NCBI GenBank assembly: GCA_963717505.1 | Contig: OY970342.1 | Span: forward strand, 352,001-416,000 | Direction of reading: 5' to 3' | DNA: 64,000 nucleotides | Source of the DNA: Candidatus Eiseniibacteriota bacterium | Lineage (GTDB): Bacteria; Eisenbacteria; RBG-16-71-46 | In this document: piece by piece, positions 28,801 through 41,801 of the stretch | Layout: each line of letters starts with the position of its first letter | Numbering within the stretch: position 1 is the first letter of the stretch | The notes under the pieces: model-generated | What the model was told of the DNA's origin: nothing | Seen by the model: the letters and a program-made list of their open reading frames with translations, nothing else | The model's database searches: none | Position numbers and translations under genes: made by a program

Positions 28801-29198
28801 GCCGCTTTCCGCAGGTGTTGGGCGACCTGTTCGACGAACGCCGAGTGATCGGTGATCGGCTTGGCGACGTAGCCGTCGGACTGGCTCTCGCGCAGCAGAC
28901 CCTCGGCATCGCCTCGCATGGCATGGGCGGTTGCCAGGATCACGGGGACGCCCGCGGTGTCGGGCGAGCTCTTGAGGAACCGGCACAGCTCGACGCCGTT
29001 GACCGGCCGGCCGTCGAGCTTCGAATGCGCGAGCGACACGTCGAGGATCAACAGGTCGATCTCGCGCGCACGGATCAGGCGCAGCACCTCCTCGGGCGAC
29101 TCGGTGAGGCTCACCCGGTGTCCTCCGCGCTTCTCGAGGATCATCCGGAAGAGCAGCGCGTTCACCGGGTCGTCTTCAACCACGAGGATATGGCTCAT
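28797..29198 (-). CDS. Single-domain response regulator (DivK/CheY-like)
   Basis: ILVVEDD, LILDVSL, ATAHAMRGD, YVAKP. Confidence 0.9.
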   Translation of the reverse strand: MSHILVVEDDPVNALLFRMILEKRGGHRVSLTESPEEVLRLIRAREIDLLILDVSLAHSKLDGRPVNGVELCRFLKSSPDTAGVPVILATAHAMRGDAEGLLRESQSDGYVAKPITDHSAFVEQVAQHLRKAA

Positions 29199-32100
29199 GC
29201 GGCCTCCTGCCAGTTGGGTTCGGGATCGGACGAGTCCTCATCCGGTCCGGGTGGGCCTCCGCGCCGCACCTGAAGATGCCAGTCGATGATGTGAGGCAGA
29301 ATCATCGGGTGATTGTGGACCGAGGTCTTGGGCAGCACGTCGAGCACTTCACCGTGTTCGAGCAACCTCCGCTCCTCGTCGGACCGTGCCTCGGGAAAGT
29401 TGGTCAGGATGAGGACCGGCAAGTCGCGGTAGTCCCCGCTCAGCGTGAGTTCGCGCAGCACATCGTAGCCGCTGACGACCGGCATCATCAGGTCGAGGAG
29501 CAGCACGTCGAAGCCGCGCGGCTGGACCCGCAGGATGTGCAGGCACTCGTCACCGTTGTTGGCGACCTCGATGTGGAACCGCGATTCCGGAAGCACCTTG
29601 CGCACGAACGCCACGATCGTAGGGTCGTCGTCGGCCATCAGGACGCGCACCGGCCGGCTCTGGATCGAGCCGAGCATGGCGTTGATCTTGGCCAACAGCG
29701 CCGGCGCTTCGATCGGTTTGCCCAGGTGCTCCAGGCCTTTCGAGAACGCATTGCGCTTCAGGCGTTGCAACACTTCGTCGTCGAAACCGGTGACGAAGAT
29801 CAACGGTGTGTGGCGGGTGCGTTCGTCCTGGGTCATGCGCTCGGCCAGATCCCACCCGGTGCGCAGGGACGCGCCCTCGGCGCAGGTCAGAGCGTAGTCC
29901 AGCACGACGACTGCCGGACGCAGTCGTCGCGCCAGGACCCACGCACCCTCCGCGTGTGCCGACTCCACCGTCCGATAGCCGTTCCGGTGGAGCACGGTCG
30001 TCACGAAACTGCGGAACGACGGGTCGTCCTCGACCACCAGGACCAGCGGCCCGCCGGGCGGGCCCGCGATCCGTTCGCCGGTGTGGTCGTCGGCCGCCGA
30101 GGCCTCGCCCTCCCTGCGCCAGATCGGCAGGGAGAAGTGCATGCGCGTACCGCGACCTTCGCCTTCGCTCTCGACTCCGATGATCCCGCCCATCAACTCG
30201 ACCAGGCTGCGCGAGATGGCCAGACCGAGTCCGGTGCCGCCATAGGTCCGCGTCGTACTGCCGTCCGCCTGGACGAACTTTTCGAACACCTGCGCCTGGC
30301 GGTCGTGACGAATGCCGATCCCGGTGTCGACTACCTCGAACCGCCAGTACCCCAGGTCCGGGAGTTCAGTCGCGCGCACGGTGACGCTGCCCGAAGGCGT
30401 GAACTTGATGGCGTTTCCGACCAGGTTGATCAGCACCTGCTTCGCCTTGCGGAAGTCGGCCCGCACTCGGGTCGACGGCTCGTCCGGGGACTCGAACCGG
30501 AGCGCGAGTCCCTTGGGAACCGCCTGGATGTGGGTCACCGAATAGACTTCCTCCAACAGCTTGCGCGGATCGATCTCCTCGATTTCGAGCGTCAGCTTGC
30601 CGGCCTCGATCTTGGCGATGTCGAGCACGTCGTTGATCAGCCCGAGCAGGTGACGGGAGCAGTCCAGGGCCTGTCGCAGGAACTCTCGCTCCTCCTCGGG
30701 CGTGCTGCACATGCCGTCGAGCACCAGCTGCAGGAATCCGATCATGCCGTTGAGCGGGGTCCGCAGCTCGTGCGACGTGTTGGCCAGGAACTCGCTCTTG
30801 AGCCGCGAGCCCTCCTCGAGCTGGGCGTTCAGCTCCGCCAGGCGCCGGTTGCTGGTCTCGAGCCCCTGGGCGAAGTCGCGGATCTGCCGCTCGGCTTCGA
30901 TCTTCTGGCTGATGTCACGCACGACCACGGTGTACATGCGGTCGGAGCCGGTGCCGGTTTCGGCCACCGAGAGTTCGACCGGCGACGTGCCTCCGTCCAG
31001 CCGCTGGATCAGGCCGCGGCTGACCCGGCCGCTGGCGGCTTCGACGTTGGCCAGAGCGTGGTCTTCGAAGCGGACCATGCCGTCGAACGTCTGTCCCGCG
31101 AGGTCCTGGATCGGGCGCTGCAGGAGGCGCTCCGCCGCCCGGTTCGCACTGCGGATCCGGCCGTCGATGCCGAAGGTGAGAATCGCGTCGAACGCGCTGT
31201 CGAACACCGCCTGGGTCCGATCGGCGTGCCGTCGCGTCACCTCGAGCTCGCGCCGGGCCAGACCGATCTGATACTGCCGCCGCCAGAAGATCAGCGAGGC
31301 GACGACCAGGAGCCCAATCGCGATGTCGAATGCCACGAGTCCGGCGAACCCCTGAGAAGCTTCGGGCCCGAGAGCGTCGCGCGGAGCGCTGACCACCAGA
31401 CCGCAGTCGAGCTCGGCGATGAACAGGGTCACGGCCCAGGTCTCCTGGGCGCCGTCGTGCAGCACGAGCTGCGAGCGCACGCCGTCCGCCGCCGCGTCGG
31501 CGGCGGCGCGCTCGGATTCGGGCGGCAGTGGCCGGTGCGAATCCGGTGGGGCACGGCCCTGAGTCTTGCCCAGGATCACCGAGTGGCCGGCCTCCTGCCC
31601 CGCCAGGTACGCGCGCACACCCGAGATCCGGCTGTTGGGAGCCATCGAGGGTCCGAGCAACTCGTCGAGATCCGACCAGACGATGAGCGCATGTCCGGAC
31701 CCGGGAGATGCGGCAGAGGGCGCGACCGCGACCACCCAGTCGCCGGCGATCGACGAGCCGTCGAGTCGCGTCACCGCGGGGGCGCCGGTTTCGATGACCC
31801 GCGCGACCAGGTCGGCGGGCGGCCCGGGAAGCGTTGGTCCGGCGCTGATCGTCGCCAGGGCGCCGCGCGAAGTCGCGTGGATCTCGGCGGCACGCCAGCC
31901 GAGCAGGCGCGACGACTGCGCCAGCGTGACCCCGAGGGCGGGGGTTCGGAACTCGCGGCCACTCTCCGGCACCAGAGCCTGGGCGACGCCCTGGACTTCG
32001 CGCTCAAACCCTTCGACCGCGGCGCGAATGCGGCCCGCGCGATCCTGGGCCTCGGCCTGCAGTCGGCCCCAGCGCTCCCGGTGGTCGCGGTCGCGCTCGC

Positions 32101-32293
32101 TGCGATAGACCCCAACGTTGAGCACGATCGCCGTGATTGCGACCAGGGCGATGAACGCACCCGCCACACGGCGCGAATCAGCCGCCGCCTCCGACGGATC
32201 GCCGGTCAGAAGCCGGCCAAGGCCGTGGGACGTCGATGATGGCGTCAGAACCGGACGCGCGCGTCCGGAGGAAACGGGCTCGATTGGGCTCAT
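29195..32293 (-). CDS. Membrane hybrid sensor histidine kinase (TM-periplasmic-TM-PAS-HisKA-HATPase-REC-REC)
   Basis: FLANTSHELRTPLN H-box, NLVGNAIKFT, DTGIGI, GGTGLGL; two receiver domains (VVEDD...LDY; MADDD...LDLMMP). Confidence 0.93.
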   Translation of the reverse strand: MSPIEPVSSGRARPVLTPSSTSHGLGRLLTGDPSEAAADSRRVAGAFIALVAITAIVLNVGVYRSERDRDHRERWGRLQAEAQDRAGRIRAAVEGFEREVQGVAQALVPESGREFRTPALGVTLAQSSRLLGWRAAEIHATSRGALATISAGPTLPGPPADLVARVIETGAPAVTRLDGSSIAGDWVVAVAPSAASPGSGHALIVWSDLDELLGPSMAPNSRISGVRAYLAGQEAGHSVILGKTQGRAPPDSHRPLPPESERAAADAAADGVRSQLVLHDGAQETWAVTLFIAELDCGLVVSAPRDALGPEASQGFAGLVAFDIAIGLLVVASLIFWRRQYQIGLARRELEVTRRHADRTQAVFDSAFDAILTFGIDGRIRSANRAAERLLQRPIQDLAGQTFDGMVRFEDHALANVEAASGRVSRGLIQRLDGGTSPVELSVAETGTGSDRMYTVVVRDISQKIEAERQIRDFAQGLETSNRRLAELNAQLEEGSRLKSEFLANTSHELRTPLNGMIGFLQLVLDGMCSTPEEEREFLRQALDCSRHLLGLINDVLDIAKIEAGKLTLEIEEIDPRKLLEEVYSVTHIQAVPKGLALRFESPDEPSTRVRADFRKAKQVLINLVGNAIKFTPSGSVTVRATELPDLGYWRFEVVDTGIGIRHDRQAQVFEKFVQADGSTTRTYGGTGLGLAISRSLVELMGGIIGVESEGEGRGTRMHFSLPIWRREGEASAADDHTGERIAGPPGGPLVLVVEDDPSFRSFVTTVLHRNGYRTVESAHAEGAWVLARRLRPAVVVLDYALTCAEGASLRTGWDLAERMTQDERTRHTPLIFVTGFDDEVLQRLKRNAFSKGLEHLGKPIEAPALLAKINAMLGSIQSRPVRVLMADDDPTIVAFVRKVLPESRFHIEVANNGDECLHILRVQPRGFDVLLLDLMMPVVSGYDVLRELTLSGDYRDLPVLILTNFPEARSDEERRLLEHGEVLDVLPKTSVHNHPMILPHIIDWHLQVRRGGPPGPDEDSSDPEPNWQEAA

Positions 32294-32321
32294 AGTCCGG
32301 GGTCCGAGAAGTACCCCGGCG

Positions 32322-32348
32322 TTATCGGCATGCAGCAGACCGACTTGA
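32322..32348 (-). promoter_or_regulatory. Sigma28 (FliA/WhiG)-type promoter
   Basis: TCAAG-N14-GCCGATAA on the minus strand, ending 28 nt upstream of the kinase ATG. Confidence 0.7.
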
Positions 32349-32354
32349 GCCGGA

Positions 32355-34214
<1,860 letters not shown>

Positions 34215-34263
34215 GAGCTCCTCGGGTGACCGGGCCCCCGTCTCGGGGTGGCACGGCAAGCGT

Positions 34264-34298
34264 GAAACGGCGCGGGCGGTGCGATTCCGCCCGCGCCG
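34264..34298 (-). terminator. Hairpin/terminator after rplQ
   Basis: Perfect 12-bp stem cggcgcgggcgg/ccgcccgcgccg followed by a short TTT on the minus strand. Confidence 0.55.
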
Positions 34299-34319
34299 GA
34301 AACGACGACGGGTGTTCGG

Positions 34320-34886
34320 TTAGCCGGTCTTGACGCCGGTGCGTCCACGGCGCCGCGCCGGCCCTGACGGCTCGAGGTCGGCGTCGCGGCCACCCTTGCG
34401 CGAGCGCTCGGGACGAGCCGACTCCGCGCCGGCCTCGGCCTTCGCCTTCTTGTCCTTGCGTCCGCCCTCGGCCGCGGCGCGCGTCTCTTCGGCCGCCATG
34501 CGCTCCTGGCGCTCGCGCTCCTTCTGCTCGTCCGACTTGACCAGCTCGAGGTAGACGGTTTCGCCAGCATCGCCCAGGCGATGGCCCAGCCGGAGAATAC
34601 GGGTGTAGCCGCCCTTCCGGTCCGCGTACCAAGGCGCGATGACTTCGAACAACTTCTTGGTGACCGCGGGCTTCATGACGAACCGGTTCACGTGGCGCCG
34701 CGCCGCGACGTCGCCCTGCTTGCCGAACGTGATCAGCCGCTCGGCCAGGCGCCGGGTTTCCTTGGCCTTGGCCACCGTCGTCTCGATGCGCTCGAACTGG
34801 AACAGGGCGGTGGCCAGGTTCCGGAGTACGGCGCGCCGGTGAGACGACGTCCGGCTCAGCTTGCGATGGTCTTTGCGATGTCGCAT
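34320..34886 (-). CDS. rplQ: 50S ribosomal protein L17 with long charged C-terminal extension
   Basis: MRHRK...[28 protein letters not shown]. Confidence 0.97.
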   Translation of the reverse strand: MRHRKDHRKLSRTSSHRRAVLRNLATALFQFERIETTVAKAKETRRLAERLITFGKQGDVAARRHVNRFVMKPAVTKKLFEVIAPWYADRKGGYTRILRLGHRLGDAGETVYLELVKSDEQKERERQERMAAEETRAAAEGGRKDKKAKAEAGAESARPERSRKGGRDADLEPSGPARRRGRTGVKTG

Positions 34887-34931
34887 GGGTTCGAATCCTC
34901 GCTCGAGGTCGCCGCGGCGACCGGTAATGCC

Positions 34932-35927
34932 TTACTCGACGCTCGCCGGCGTCTTCGCTTCCAGGTACCTGCTGACGTCCATCCCGAACTGGAGTCCCAT
35001 CTCGCCCAGGATGTCCTGGATCTCCTTCAGGGACTTGCGCCCGAAGTTCCGGTACTTGAGCATCTCCGGCTCGGACTTCTGCACCAGGTCGATGATCGTC
35101 TTGATCTCGGCGGCACGCAGGCAGTTGCTCGAGCGCACCGACAGCTCCAGTTCGTCCACGCTCTTGTCGAGCAGCTTGCGGATGCGCGAAGCCTCGGCAT
35201 CCACCTCTTCCTCGACCTCTTCCTCGATCGGTTCCTCGAACGTGATGAACAGGCTGAAGTGGTCGCGCAGCACCTTGGCCGCGAGCGCCACCGCGTCCTG
35301 CGGCAGAATGCTGCCGTCGGTCCACACTTCGAGGGTCAGCTTGTCGTAGTCGATGCGCTGGCCGAGGCGCGTGGCCTCGACCTCGTAGTTCACGCGGGTG
35401 ACCGGGGAGAACAGCGAGTCCACCGGAATCACACCGATCGGGCGGTCAGCCTGGGCATGATTGTCGGCCGACACGTAGCCACGGCCGCCGTTGATCTCGA
35501 CCTCCATCCGCAGATCACCGTCGCGGTTCAGGGTCGCGACGTGCAGGTCCGGGTTCAGGATCTCGATCTCGGGGTCGGCGGTCATGTTGCCGGCCTTGAC
35601 CTCACCCTTGCCCTGCATCTCGAACACGCCCTTGCGCGGGCCGTCGCCATGCATCTTGAGCCGGATCTGCTTCAGGTTCAGGATGATTTCGGTCACGTCC
35701 TCGATGACGCCCGGCAGGGTCGAGAACTCGTGCAGCACGCCCTCGATACGAACCGCGGTGATCGCGGCGCCCTGCAGCGAGGCCAATAGAGTGCGTCGCA
35801 GCGCGTTGCCGAGCGTGATTCCAAACCCACGCTCGAGCGGCTCGATCACGAACCGTCCGTACGAGTCCGTGTTGTCCGCATCGGGCACGACCTGCTTTGG
35901 CATCGTCAGATTCTTCCACTTCATCAC
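34932..35927 (-). CDS. rpoA: RNA polymerase alpha subunit
   Basis: [41 protein letters not shown]. Confidence 0.98.
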   Translation of the reverse strand: MMKWKNLTMPKQVVPDADNTDSYGRFVIEPLERGFGITLGNALRRTLLASLQGAAITAVRIEGVLHEFSTLPGVIEDVTEIILNLKQIRLKMHGDGPRKGVFEMQGKGEVKAGNMTADPEIEILNPDLHVATLNRDGDLRMEVEINGGRGYVSADNHAQADRPIGVIPVDSLFSPVTRVNYEVEATRLGQRIDYDKLTLEVWTDGSILPQDAVALAAKVLRDHFSLFITFEEPIEEEVEEEVDAEASRIRKLLDKSVDELELSVRSSNCLRAAEIKTIIDLVQKSEPEMLKYRNFGRKSLKEIQDILGEMGLQFGMDVSRYLEAKTPASVE

Positions 35928-35961
35928 GCAGTGCTCCCGGGATAGGGTTCGCGGACGGCCA

Positions 35962-36591
35962 TCACTTGGAGTAGAGCTCCACGATGAGCTGTTCGTTGAT
36001 CGGGACCGGAATCGAATCCCGGGTGGGGATGCTCAGCACGCGGCCCACCGGGCTGTCGCCGCTGATCTCGATCCACTCCGGTCCGGTTTGTCCCTTGCGG
36101 GCCTCGCGGGCGTGCTGAACCACCAACAGCGACCGGCTCTTTTCACGAATTCCCACCTCGTCTCCGGCACGCACCAGGAACGAGGGAATATCCACCTTGC
36201 GGCCGTTCACCTGCACGTGGCCGTGGCGCACGAGCTGGCGGGCCGCCGCACGGTTTCCGGCGAATCCCATGCGGTAGATGATGTTGTCGAGACGGCGCTC
36301 CAGCATCTGCAGCAGGACCTCGCCGGTCACGCCTTTGGCCTCGGACGCCTTGGTGAAGTAGTTGCGGAATTGCCGCTCGAGCAGGCCGTAGATGCGCCGG
36401 GCCTTCTGCTTCTCGCGCAACTGCAGCCCGTAGTTGGAATCCTTGGTCCGCCGACTCTTGCCGTGTTCGCCGGGGGCGTAGCCGCGCTTCTCGATGGCGC
36501 ACTTGTCCGAAAAGCAACGCGACGCCTTGAGAAACAGCTTCATGCCCTGGCGCCGGCACAGCCGGCACTTTGCATCGTGGTAGACCGCCAT
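35962..36591 (-). CDS. rpsD: 30S ribosomal protein S4 (Zn-binding type)
   Basis: [36 protein letters not shown]. Confidence 0.98.
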   Translation of the reverse strand: MAVYHDAKCRLCRRQGMKLFLKASRCFSDKCAIEKRGYAPGEHGKSRRTKDSNYGLQLREKQKARRIYGLLERQFRNYFTKASEAKGVTGEVLLQMLERRLDNIIYRMGFAGNRAAARQLVRHGHVQVNGRKVDIPSFLVRAGDEVGIREKSRSLLVVQHAREARKGQTGPEWIEISGDSPVGRVLSIPTRDSIPVPINEQLIVELYSK

Positions 36592-36603
36592 GCTCGTAGA
36601 CTC

Positions 36604-36990
36604 CTAGACCCGGCGCCGCTTGGGCGGGCGGCAACCGTTGTGGGGAATCGGGGTCACGTCCTTGATCGCCGAGATCTCGAGACCCGCCGCCTGCAGCGAC
36701 CGGATGGCCGCTTCGCGACCAGCCCCGGGACCCTTGACCCAGACCTCGACCCGCTTCATTCCGTAGTTGATGGCTTCCCGGGCGCTGGCTTCGGCGGCGA
36801 CCTGGGCTGCGAACGGCGTGCTCTTGCGCGAGCCCTTGAATCCGACCTTCCCGGCGCTCGCCCACGTCACCACGTTCCCGTCCATGTCCGTGATCGTGAC
36901 GATCGTGTTGTTGAAGCTCGCCTGAACGTGCACGACCCCGTTGGCCGGCACTTTCCGTTCCCGTCGCTTGACCTTCTTCGCCTCGGTCAC
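36604..36990 (-). CDS. rpsK: 30S ribosomal protein S11
   Basis: [35 protein letters not shown]; GTG start after GGAGGAG. Confidence 0.97.
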   Translation of the reverse strand: MTEAKKVKRRERKVPANGVVHVQASFNNTIVTITDMDGNVVTWASAGKVGFKGSRKSTPFAAQVAAEASAREAINYGMKRVEVWVKGPGAGREAAIRSLQAAGLEISAIKDVTPIPHNGCRPPKRRRV

Positions 36991-37039
36991 TCCTGCTCCT
37001 CCATGCACACCGCTCGAGCGGCGTGCGGCTCGTGGCCCG

Positions 37040-37447
37040 CTACTTCTTGGCCGCTGCCGGCGCCGCCTTCGGCGCCGTCGGTTTGCGCACCGCGCCCGCG
37101 GTCTTCTTGGGACCCTTGCGCGTACGTGCGTTCGTCTTGGTGCGCTGGCCGCGCACCGGCAGGCCGCGGCGATGCCGCAGTCCGCGATACGCCCCGATGT
37201 CCATGAGGCGTTTGATGTTCATCGCGATCTCGCTGCGCAGGGCGCCCTCGACCTTGTGCTCCCGCTCGATGATCCCGCGCAGTCGTCCGGTGTCCTCGTC
37301 GCTCAGATTCTTGACGCGGATCTCCGGGCGCACCCCGGCGGTATCGAGGATGCGGCGCGCCGTGGTCCGGCCGATCCCGTAGATGTAGGTCAGCGCGATC
37401 TCGATTCGCTTGTCGGACGGCAGGTCGACGCCCGCGATTCGTGCCAC
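37040..37447 (-). CDS. rpsM: 30S ribosomal protein S13
   Basis: [36 protein letters not shown]. Confidence 0.98.
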   Translation of the reverse strand: MARIAGVDLPSDKRIEIALTYIYGIGRTTARRILDTAGVRPEIRVKNLSDEDTGRLRGIIEREHKVEGALRSEIAMNIKRLMDIGAYRGLRHRRGLPVRGQRTKTNARTRKGPKKTAGAVRKPTAPKAAPAAAKK

Positions 37448-37462
37448 CAGATTCCTCCTTCG

Positions 37463-37579
37463 CTACTTCTGACGTTGCTTGTGCCGCGGATTGCGCTTGC
37501 AGATCACGCGGATCACGCCCTTGCGACGCACCAGCTTGCAGTGCTCGCAGATCTTCTTGACCGAAGTACGCACCTTCAT
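37463..37579 (-). CDS. rpmJ: 50S ribosomal protein L36 (not in the ORF track)
   Basis: Manual translation [38 protein letters not shown]; SD GGAGG. Confidence 0.96.
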   Translation of the reverse strand: MKVRTSVKKICEHCKLVRRKGVIRVICKRNPRHKQRQK

Positions 37580-37625
37580 TGCCGCAACACCTCCGCCGCG
37601 CCGGCGTTCACCGCCGACCCGCGCG

Positions 37626-37844
37626 CTACTTGTATCGATAGACGATCCGTCCGCGGCTCAGGTCGTACGGCGACAACTCGACCGTGACCTTGTCCCCCGG
37701 CAGGATCTTGATGAAGTGCATCCGCATCTTGCCCGAAATGTGGGCCAGCACGACGTGTTTGTTCTCGAGTTCGACCCGGAACATCGCGTTGGGCAGAGGC
37801 TCGACCACCGTGCCTTCGACCTGGATGCCCTCTTCCTTCGCCAA
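37626..37844 (-). CDS. infA: Translation initiation factor IF-1
   Basis: TTG start; [35 protein letters not shown]. Confidence 0.97.
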   Translation of the reverse strand: MAKEEGIQVEGTVVEPLPNAMFRVELENKHVVLAHISGKMRMHFIKILPGDKVTVELSPYDLSRGRIVYRYK

Positions 37845-37848
37845 TCGC

Positions 37849-38607
37849 TCAACCTTCCTGGCCCGGGTCCGAAAGAATCTCGGGTCCGTCGGGCCCGACT
37901 GCCACCGTGTGCTCGAAATGCGCACTCAGCGAACCGTCTTTGGTTCGTATCGTCCAGCCATCGGACTCGACCACGACTTCGTGGCCGCCCGAATTGATCA
38001 TCGGTTCGATCGCCAGCACCTGCCCCGCCATCAGGCGCGGGCCGCGCGCCGGCGGACCGTAGTTGGGAACTTGCGGCTCCTCGTGCATCTCGCGTCCGAT
38101 GCCGTGCCCGACCAGCGTGCGCACCACCGAGAACCCGCTCTGTTCGGCGTGGCTCTGCACCGCGTGCGAGATGTCGCCGATGCGATTCCCGGCGCGGGCC
38201 TGAAGCACCGCACGTCCGAGCGCCTCCTCGGTCACCTGCAGCAGCCGGCGCGCCGCCTCCGAGATCTCGCCGACCGCGAACGTCCGTGCCGCGTCGCCAT
38301 GATAACCGCCCTTCTCGACCCCGACGTCGATCCCGATGATGTCGCCCTCGCGCAGCACGTATGGCCCGGGAATCCCGTGAACCACCTCGGCATTGACCGA
38401 GGGGCAGATGGCGGCCGGGAATCCCCGATAGCCCTTGAACGCCGGACGGCCGCCGTGATCGCGGATGAACGCCTCCGCCAGACGGTCGAGGTCCGCGGTC
38501 GAGACCCCGGGACGCACGTGCCCGGCCAGCATCCGCAAGGTCCGGCCGACCAGCTGGGCCGCCTCCCGGATCGCCTGGATCTCGTTGGCGTCGCGAAGGT
38601 ACACCAT
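37849..38607 (-). CDS. map: Type I methionine aminopeptidase
   Basis: [42 protein letters not shown]. Confidence 0.96.
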   Translation of the reverse strand: MVYLRDANEIQAIREAAQLVGRTLRMLAGHVRPGVSTADLDRLAEAFIRDHGGRPAFKGYRGFPAAICPSVNAEVVHGIPGPYVLREGDIIGIDVGVEKGGYHGDAARTFAVGEISEAARRLLQVTEEALGRAVLQARAGNRIGDISHAVQSHAEQSGFSVVRTLVGHGIGREMHEEPQVPNYGPPARGPRLMAGQVLAIEPMINSGGHEVVVESDGWTIRTKDGSLSAHFEHTVAVGPDGPEILSDPGQEG

Positions 38608-39275
38608 TACTGAGTCACTCCTGCGCCCTGCAGGGCGCGCTTCATGCGGTCGTAGACGCGATCGGCAGGACCGGCGCCGTCGACCTCGATCAACCGGCCG
38701 CGATCCAGATAGTGCGCCGCCAGGGGTGCCGTCTGATCTTCATACACCGAAAGCCGCGTCCGCACCGTCCCCTCGGCGTCGTCGGTGCGCTGGACCAGCG
38801 CGGTCGCGGGATGGTCGTCGCAACGACCCTCGACCCGCGGCAGCGCCGACTCCAGATTGTAGATGCGCTTGCACACCGGACACTCGCGGCGAGCGCCCAG
38901 GCGGCGGACCAGCTCGTCGGCCGGGGCCGTCAGGTTGATCACCGCATCCAGGTTCTGCCCGCGCTCGGCGAGCATGCGGTCCAGCGACTCCGCCTGCGGC
39001 ACCGTCCGCGGGAACCCGTCGAGCACGAACCCTCCCACCGAGTCGGGCTCCTGCGTCCGCCCGCGCACCAGCGCGACCATGACATCGTCACCAACCAGGC
39101 GACCGGAGTCGATCTGGCGGCCGGCGGCGATCCCGAGCGGCGTCCGATGCGCGACTGCGTCGCGCAGGATCGCCCCGGTCGAGATCAACGCAATGCCGAA
39201 CTCACGGGCCAGACGCTGACCCTGGGTTCCCTTGCCGACTCCGGGCGGACCGAGCATCACCACGCGCACACTCAC
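38607..39275 (-). CDS. adk: Adenylate kinase
   Basis: GPPGVGKGTQ, ISTG, LDGFPRT, Zn-lid CPVC...CDDH, QRTDD; GTG start overlaps secY stop. Confidence 0.96.
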   Translation of the reverse strand: MSVRVVMLGPPGVGKGTQGQRLAREFGIALISTGAILRDAVAHRTPLGIAAGRQIDSGRLVGDDVMVALVRGRTQEPDSVGGFVLDGFPRTVPQAESLDRMLAERGQNLDAVINLTAPADELVRRLGARRECPVCKRIYNLESALPRVEGRCDDHPATALVQRTDDAEGTVRTRLSVYEDQTAPLAAHYLDRGRLIEVDGAGPADRVYDRMKRALQGAGVTQ

Positions 39276-40591
39276 ATCCTCTGGCGGCCGCGGATCCGGC
39301 CTCGTTTGACGAAGCCTTCGTAGTGCCGCATCACCAGGTGAGATTCGATCTGTTGCAGGGTGTCGAGAGCGACCCCGACGACGATCAGCACGCTGGTGCC
39401 GCCGAAGCCGAGGAACGGAAGACCCGAAAGGCCGATCAACATGTCGGGAACGGTGGCGACCAGCGCCAGGAAGATCGCTCCCGGCAGGGTGATCCGCGAC
39501 AGGACCCGGTCGATGTACTCCGCGGTCTTGCGCCCCGGCCGGATGCCGGGGATGAAGCCGCCGTATTTCCGCATGTTCTCCGCGAGATCGTTCGGATTCA
39601 GGATGACCGCGGTATAGAAGTAGGTGAAGAACACGATGATGATGCCGTAGAGCAGGTTGTAGACCGGTGACCGCGGGTTCATCCACTGGCCGACCGCCTG
39701 CAACGGATGATCGGGCGGCAGGAACCCGGCCACGGTCGCCGGCAGGATCATGACCGACGACGCGAAGATGATCGGGATCACCCCGGCCGTGTTGAGGCGG
39801 AGCGGAATGTGCGTGTTGGCGCCGCCATAGGTCCGTCGGCCGACGATGCGCTTGGCGTACTGAACCGGGATCTTGCGCACCGCCTGGGTCATCAGGACGA
39901 CCGCCGCGACCACCGCGACCATGAGCACCGTGACCGCGATCGCGGTCAGCGGCTGGAGCGTGCCGGCCTGCAGGCTCTGGACCAGGCCCAGGACGGCATT
40001 CGGCGCGCCACCGATGATGTTGACGAAAATGATCAGCGAGATGCCGTTGCCGATTCCGTGCTCGGTGATCTTCTCGCCCAGCCACATGACGAAGATCGTC
40101 CCGGTCGTCTGGGTCACGATCATCGAGAGCGTGAAGATCAGGCCGGGGTTGGGGACCACCGCCAGACCCTGGCTCGCCCCCATGTTGATCAGGAACACGC
40201 TGTAGGCCAGCGACTGGACGATCGAGATCATGACCGTGCCGTAGCGCGTGTACTGGGTGAGCTTCTTCTGGCCCTCTTCGCCCTCCTTGCGCAGCTTCTC
40301 GAAGTAGGGAACCACCGCCCCGAGCAACTGCAGGATGATCGAGGACGAAATGTACGGCATGATCCCGAGCGCGAAGATCGTGGCGCGCGAGAAGGCCCCG
40401 CCCACGAACAGGTCGTAGAGGCCGAACAGCGTCCCGCGCTGACTCTCGAACGCGGCCGCCAGCGCACGCGCGTTGACCCCCGGCGCCGGGATGTGTTCTC
40501 CCAGGCGATAGACGACGAACATCGCCAGCGTGAACAGCACGCGGCGACGAAGTTCCGGGACCTGGAAGATGTTACGCAGCTTCTCGAGCAT
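39272..40591 (-). CDS. secY: Preprotein translocase subunit SecY
   Basis: ALGIMPYISSSII, GIGNGISLII, AGVIPIIFA, IPGIRPG, GGTSVLIVVGV. Confidence 0.98.
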   Translation of the reverse strand: MLEKLRNIFQVPELRRRVLFTLAMFVVYRLGEHIPAPGVNARALAAAFESQRGTLFGLYDLFVGGAFSRATIFALGIMPYISSSIILQLLGAVVPYFEKLRKEGEEGQKKLTQYTRYGTVMISIVQSLAYSVFLINMGASQGLAVVPNPGLIFTLSMIVTQTTGTIFVMWLGEKITEHGIGNGISLIIFVNIIGGAPNAVLGLVQSLQAGTLQPLTAIAVTVLMVAVVAAVVLMTQAVRKIPVQYAKRIVGRRTYGGANTHIPLRLNTAGVIPIIFASSVMILPATVAGFLPPDHPLQAVGQWMNPRSPVYNLLYGIIIVFFTYFYTAVILNPNDLAENMRKYGGFIPGIRPGRKTAEYIDRVLSRITLPGAIFLALVATVPDMLIGLSGLPFLGFGGTSVLIVVGVALDTLQQIESHLVMRHYEGFVKRGRIRGRQRM

Positions 40592-40597
40592 GGATTT

Positions 40598-41059
40598 CTA
40601 GGACCTGACCTTGGGTTCGGGAAGCACGATCGAGCCTCCCGCCGTTTCGACCGCCTTGCGCGCCGTGCCGCTCGCGGCATCGACCTGGACCGTCAGCGCC
40701 ACCCTGAGTTCGCCGGTGCCGAGCAGCTTGATCGGACCCGAGCGGCGAACCAGTCGCTTGGCCTCGAGCCAGGCGCGATCGATCACGGTCTTGGCCGGAG
40801 CCGAAGCCAGCGAACCGATGTTGACCACCTGGAACGACACGCGATCCGGGTTCTTGAAGCCGCGTTTGGGCAGGCGGCGCTGGATCGGCATCTGACCGCC
40901 TTCGAACCAGGAAGGAATCTTGCCACCGGTGCGCGCCTTGTGCCCCTTGTGTCCACGGCCCGCGGTGCCGCCCAGGCCGGTGGCGGCACCCTTGCCGCGC
41001 CGCTTCGTCGGGCGCGTGGCGCCCGGCGCGGGCCGAATCGACCCGATGCTCCTGGTCAT
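40598..41059 (-). CDS. rplO: 50S ribosomal protein L15
   Basis: GRGHKG.KAR, FEGGQMP..RRLPKRGF. Confidence 0.96.
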   Translation of the reverse strand: MTRSIGSIRPAPGATRPTKRRGKGAATGLGGTAGRGHKGHKARTGGKIPSWFEGGQMPIQRRLPKRGFKNPDRVSFQVVNIGSLASAPAKTVIDRAWLEAKRLVRRSGPIKLLGTGELRVALTVQVDAASGTARKAVETAGGSIVLPEPKVRS

Positions 41060-41244
41060 GACTGGCGCTCCTCCACTTGGACGAGATGACGGACCTTGAA
41101 CACCATGCCGCGGATCTGCGGCGTGTCGGCGTGTTCGATGGTGTGCTGCAGCTTGCGGAATCCGAGCGCGCGAATCGTCGCCTTCTGGTCGGCCGGGTGG
41201 CCGCTCGCGCTCTTGACGTAGCGGATCTTGAGCTTACGCGCCAT
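41056..41244 (-). CDS. rpmD: 50S ribosomal protein L30
   Basis: KS..G....[23 protein letters not shown]. Confidence 0.96.
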   Translation of the reverse strand: MARKLKIRYVKSASGHPADQKATIRALGFRKLQHTIEHADTPQIRGMVFKVRHLVQVEERQS

Positions 41245-41770
41245 CGGTCCTCCGGACGCGGCCGAACAGTTCGTCGAGCGTGAGGCCGCGGCGGGCCGCG
41301 ACGTCCGAGGGCATGCGCAGACGCCGCAGGCCGTCGACCGTCGCCTTCACCAGGTTGTGGGGATTGCGCGTGCCCAGGCACTTGGTCAGCACGTTCTGGA
41401 CGCCGGCCACCTCGAGCACGGCACGCACGCCGCCACCGGCGATGACGCCGGTTCCCGGCGACGCCGGTTTGAGCAGCACGCGTCCGGCTCCGAACCGTCC
41501 GACGATCACGTGCGGGATCGACCCGCTCTTGGTGACCGGGATGCGGGTCATGTTCTTCTTGGCCGTTTCTCCGGCCTTGCGAATGGCATCCGCCACTTCG
41601 TTGGCCTTGCCGAGTCCCACGCCGAAGCGCCCCGACTGATCCCCGATGGCGACGATCGCGTTGAACGAGAACCGCCGTCCGCCCTTGACCACCTTGGCGC
41701 AGCGGTTGACGTTGATCACGCGCTCGACGAACTCGGATTTTTGCTGCGTTGACTCCTGGCCTCGCACCAC
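41234..41770 (-). CDS. rpsE: 30S ribosomal protein S5
   Basis: [33 protein letters not shown]. Confidence 0.97.
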   Translation of the reverse strand: MVRGQESTQQKSEFVERVINVNRCAKVVKGGRRFSFNAIVAIGDQSGRFGVGLGKANEVADAIRKAGETAKKNMTRIPVTKSGSIPHVIVGRFGAGRVLLKPASPGTGVIAGGGVRAVLEVAGVQNVLTKCLGTRNPHNLVKATVDGLRRLRMPSDVAARRGLTLDELFGRVRRTDGA

Positions 41771-41801
41771 TGAAACCTCCCCGGAACTCCCTTAGGACGT
41801 C

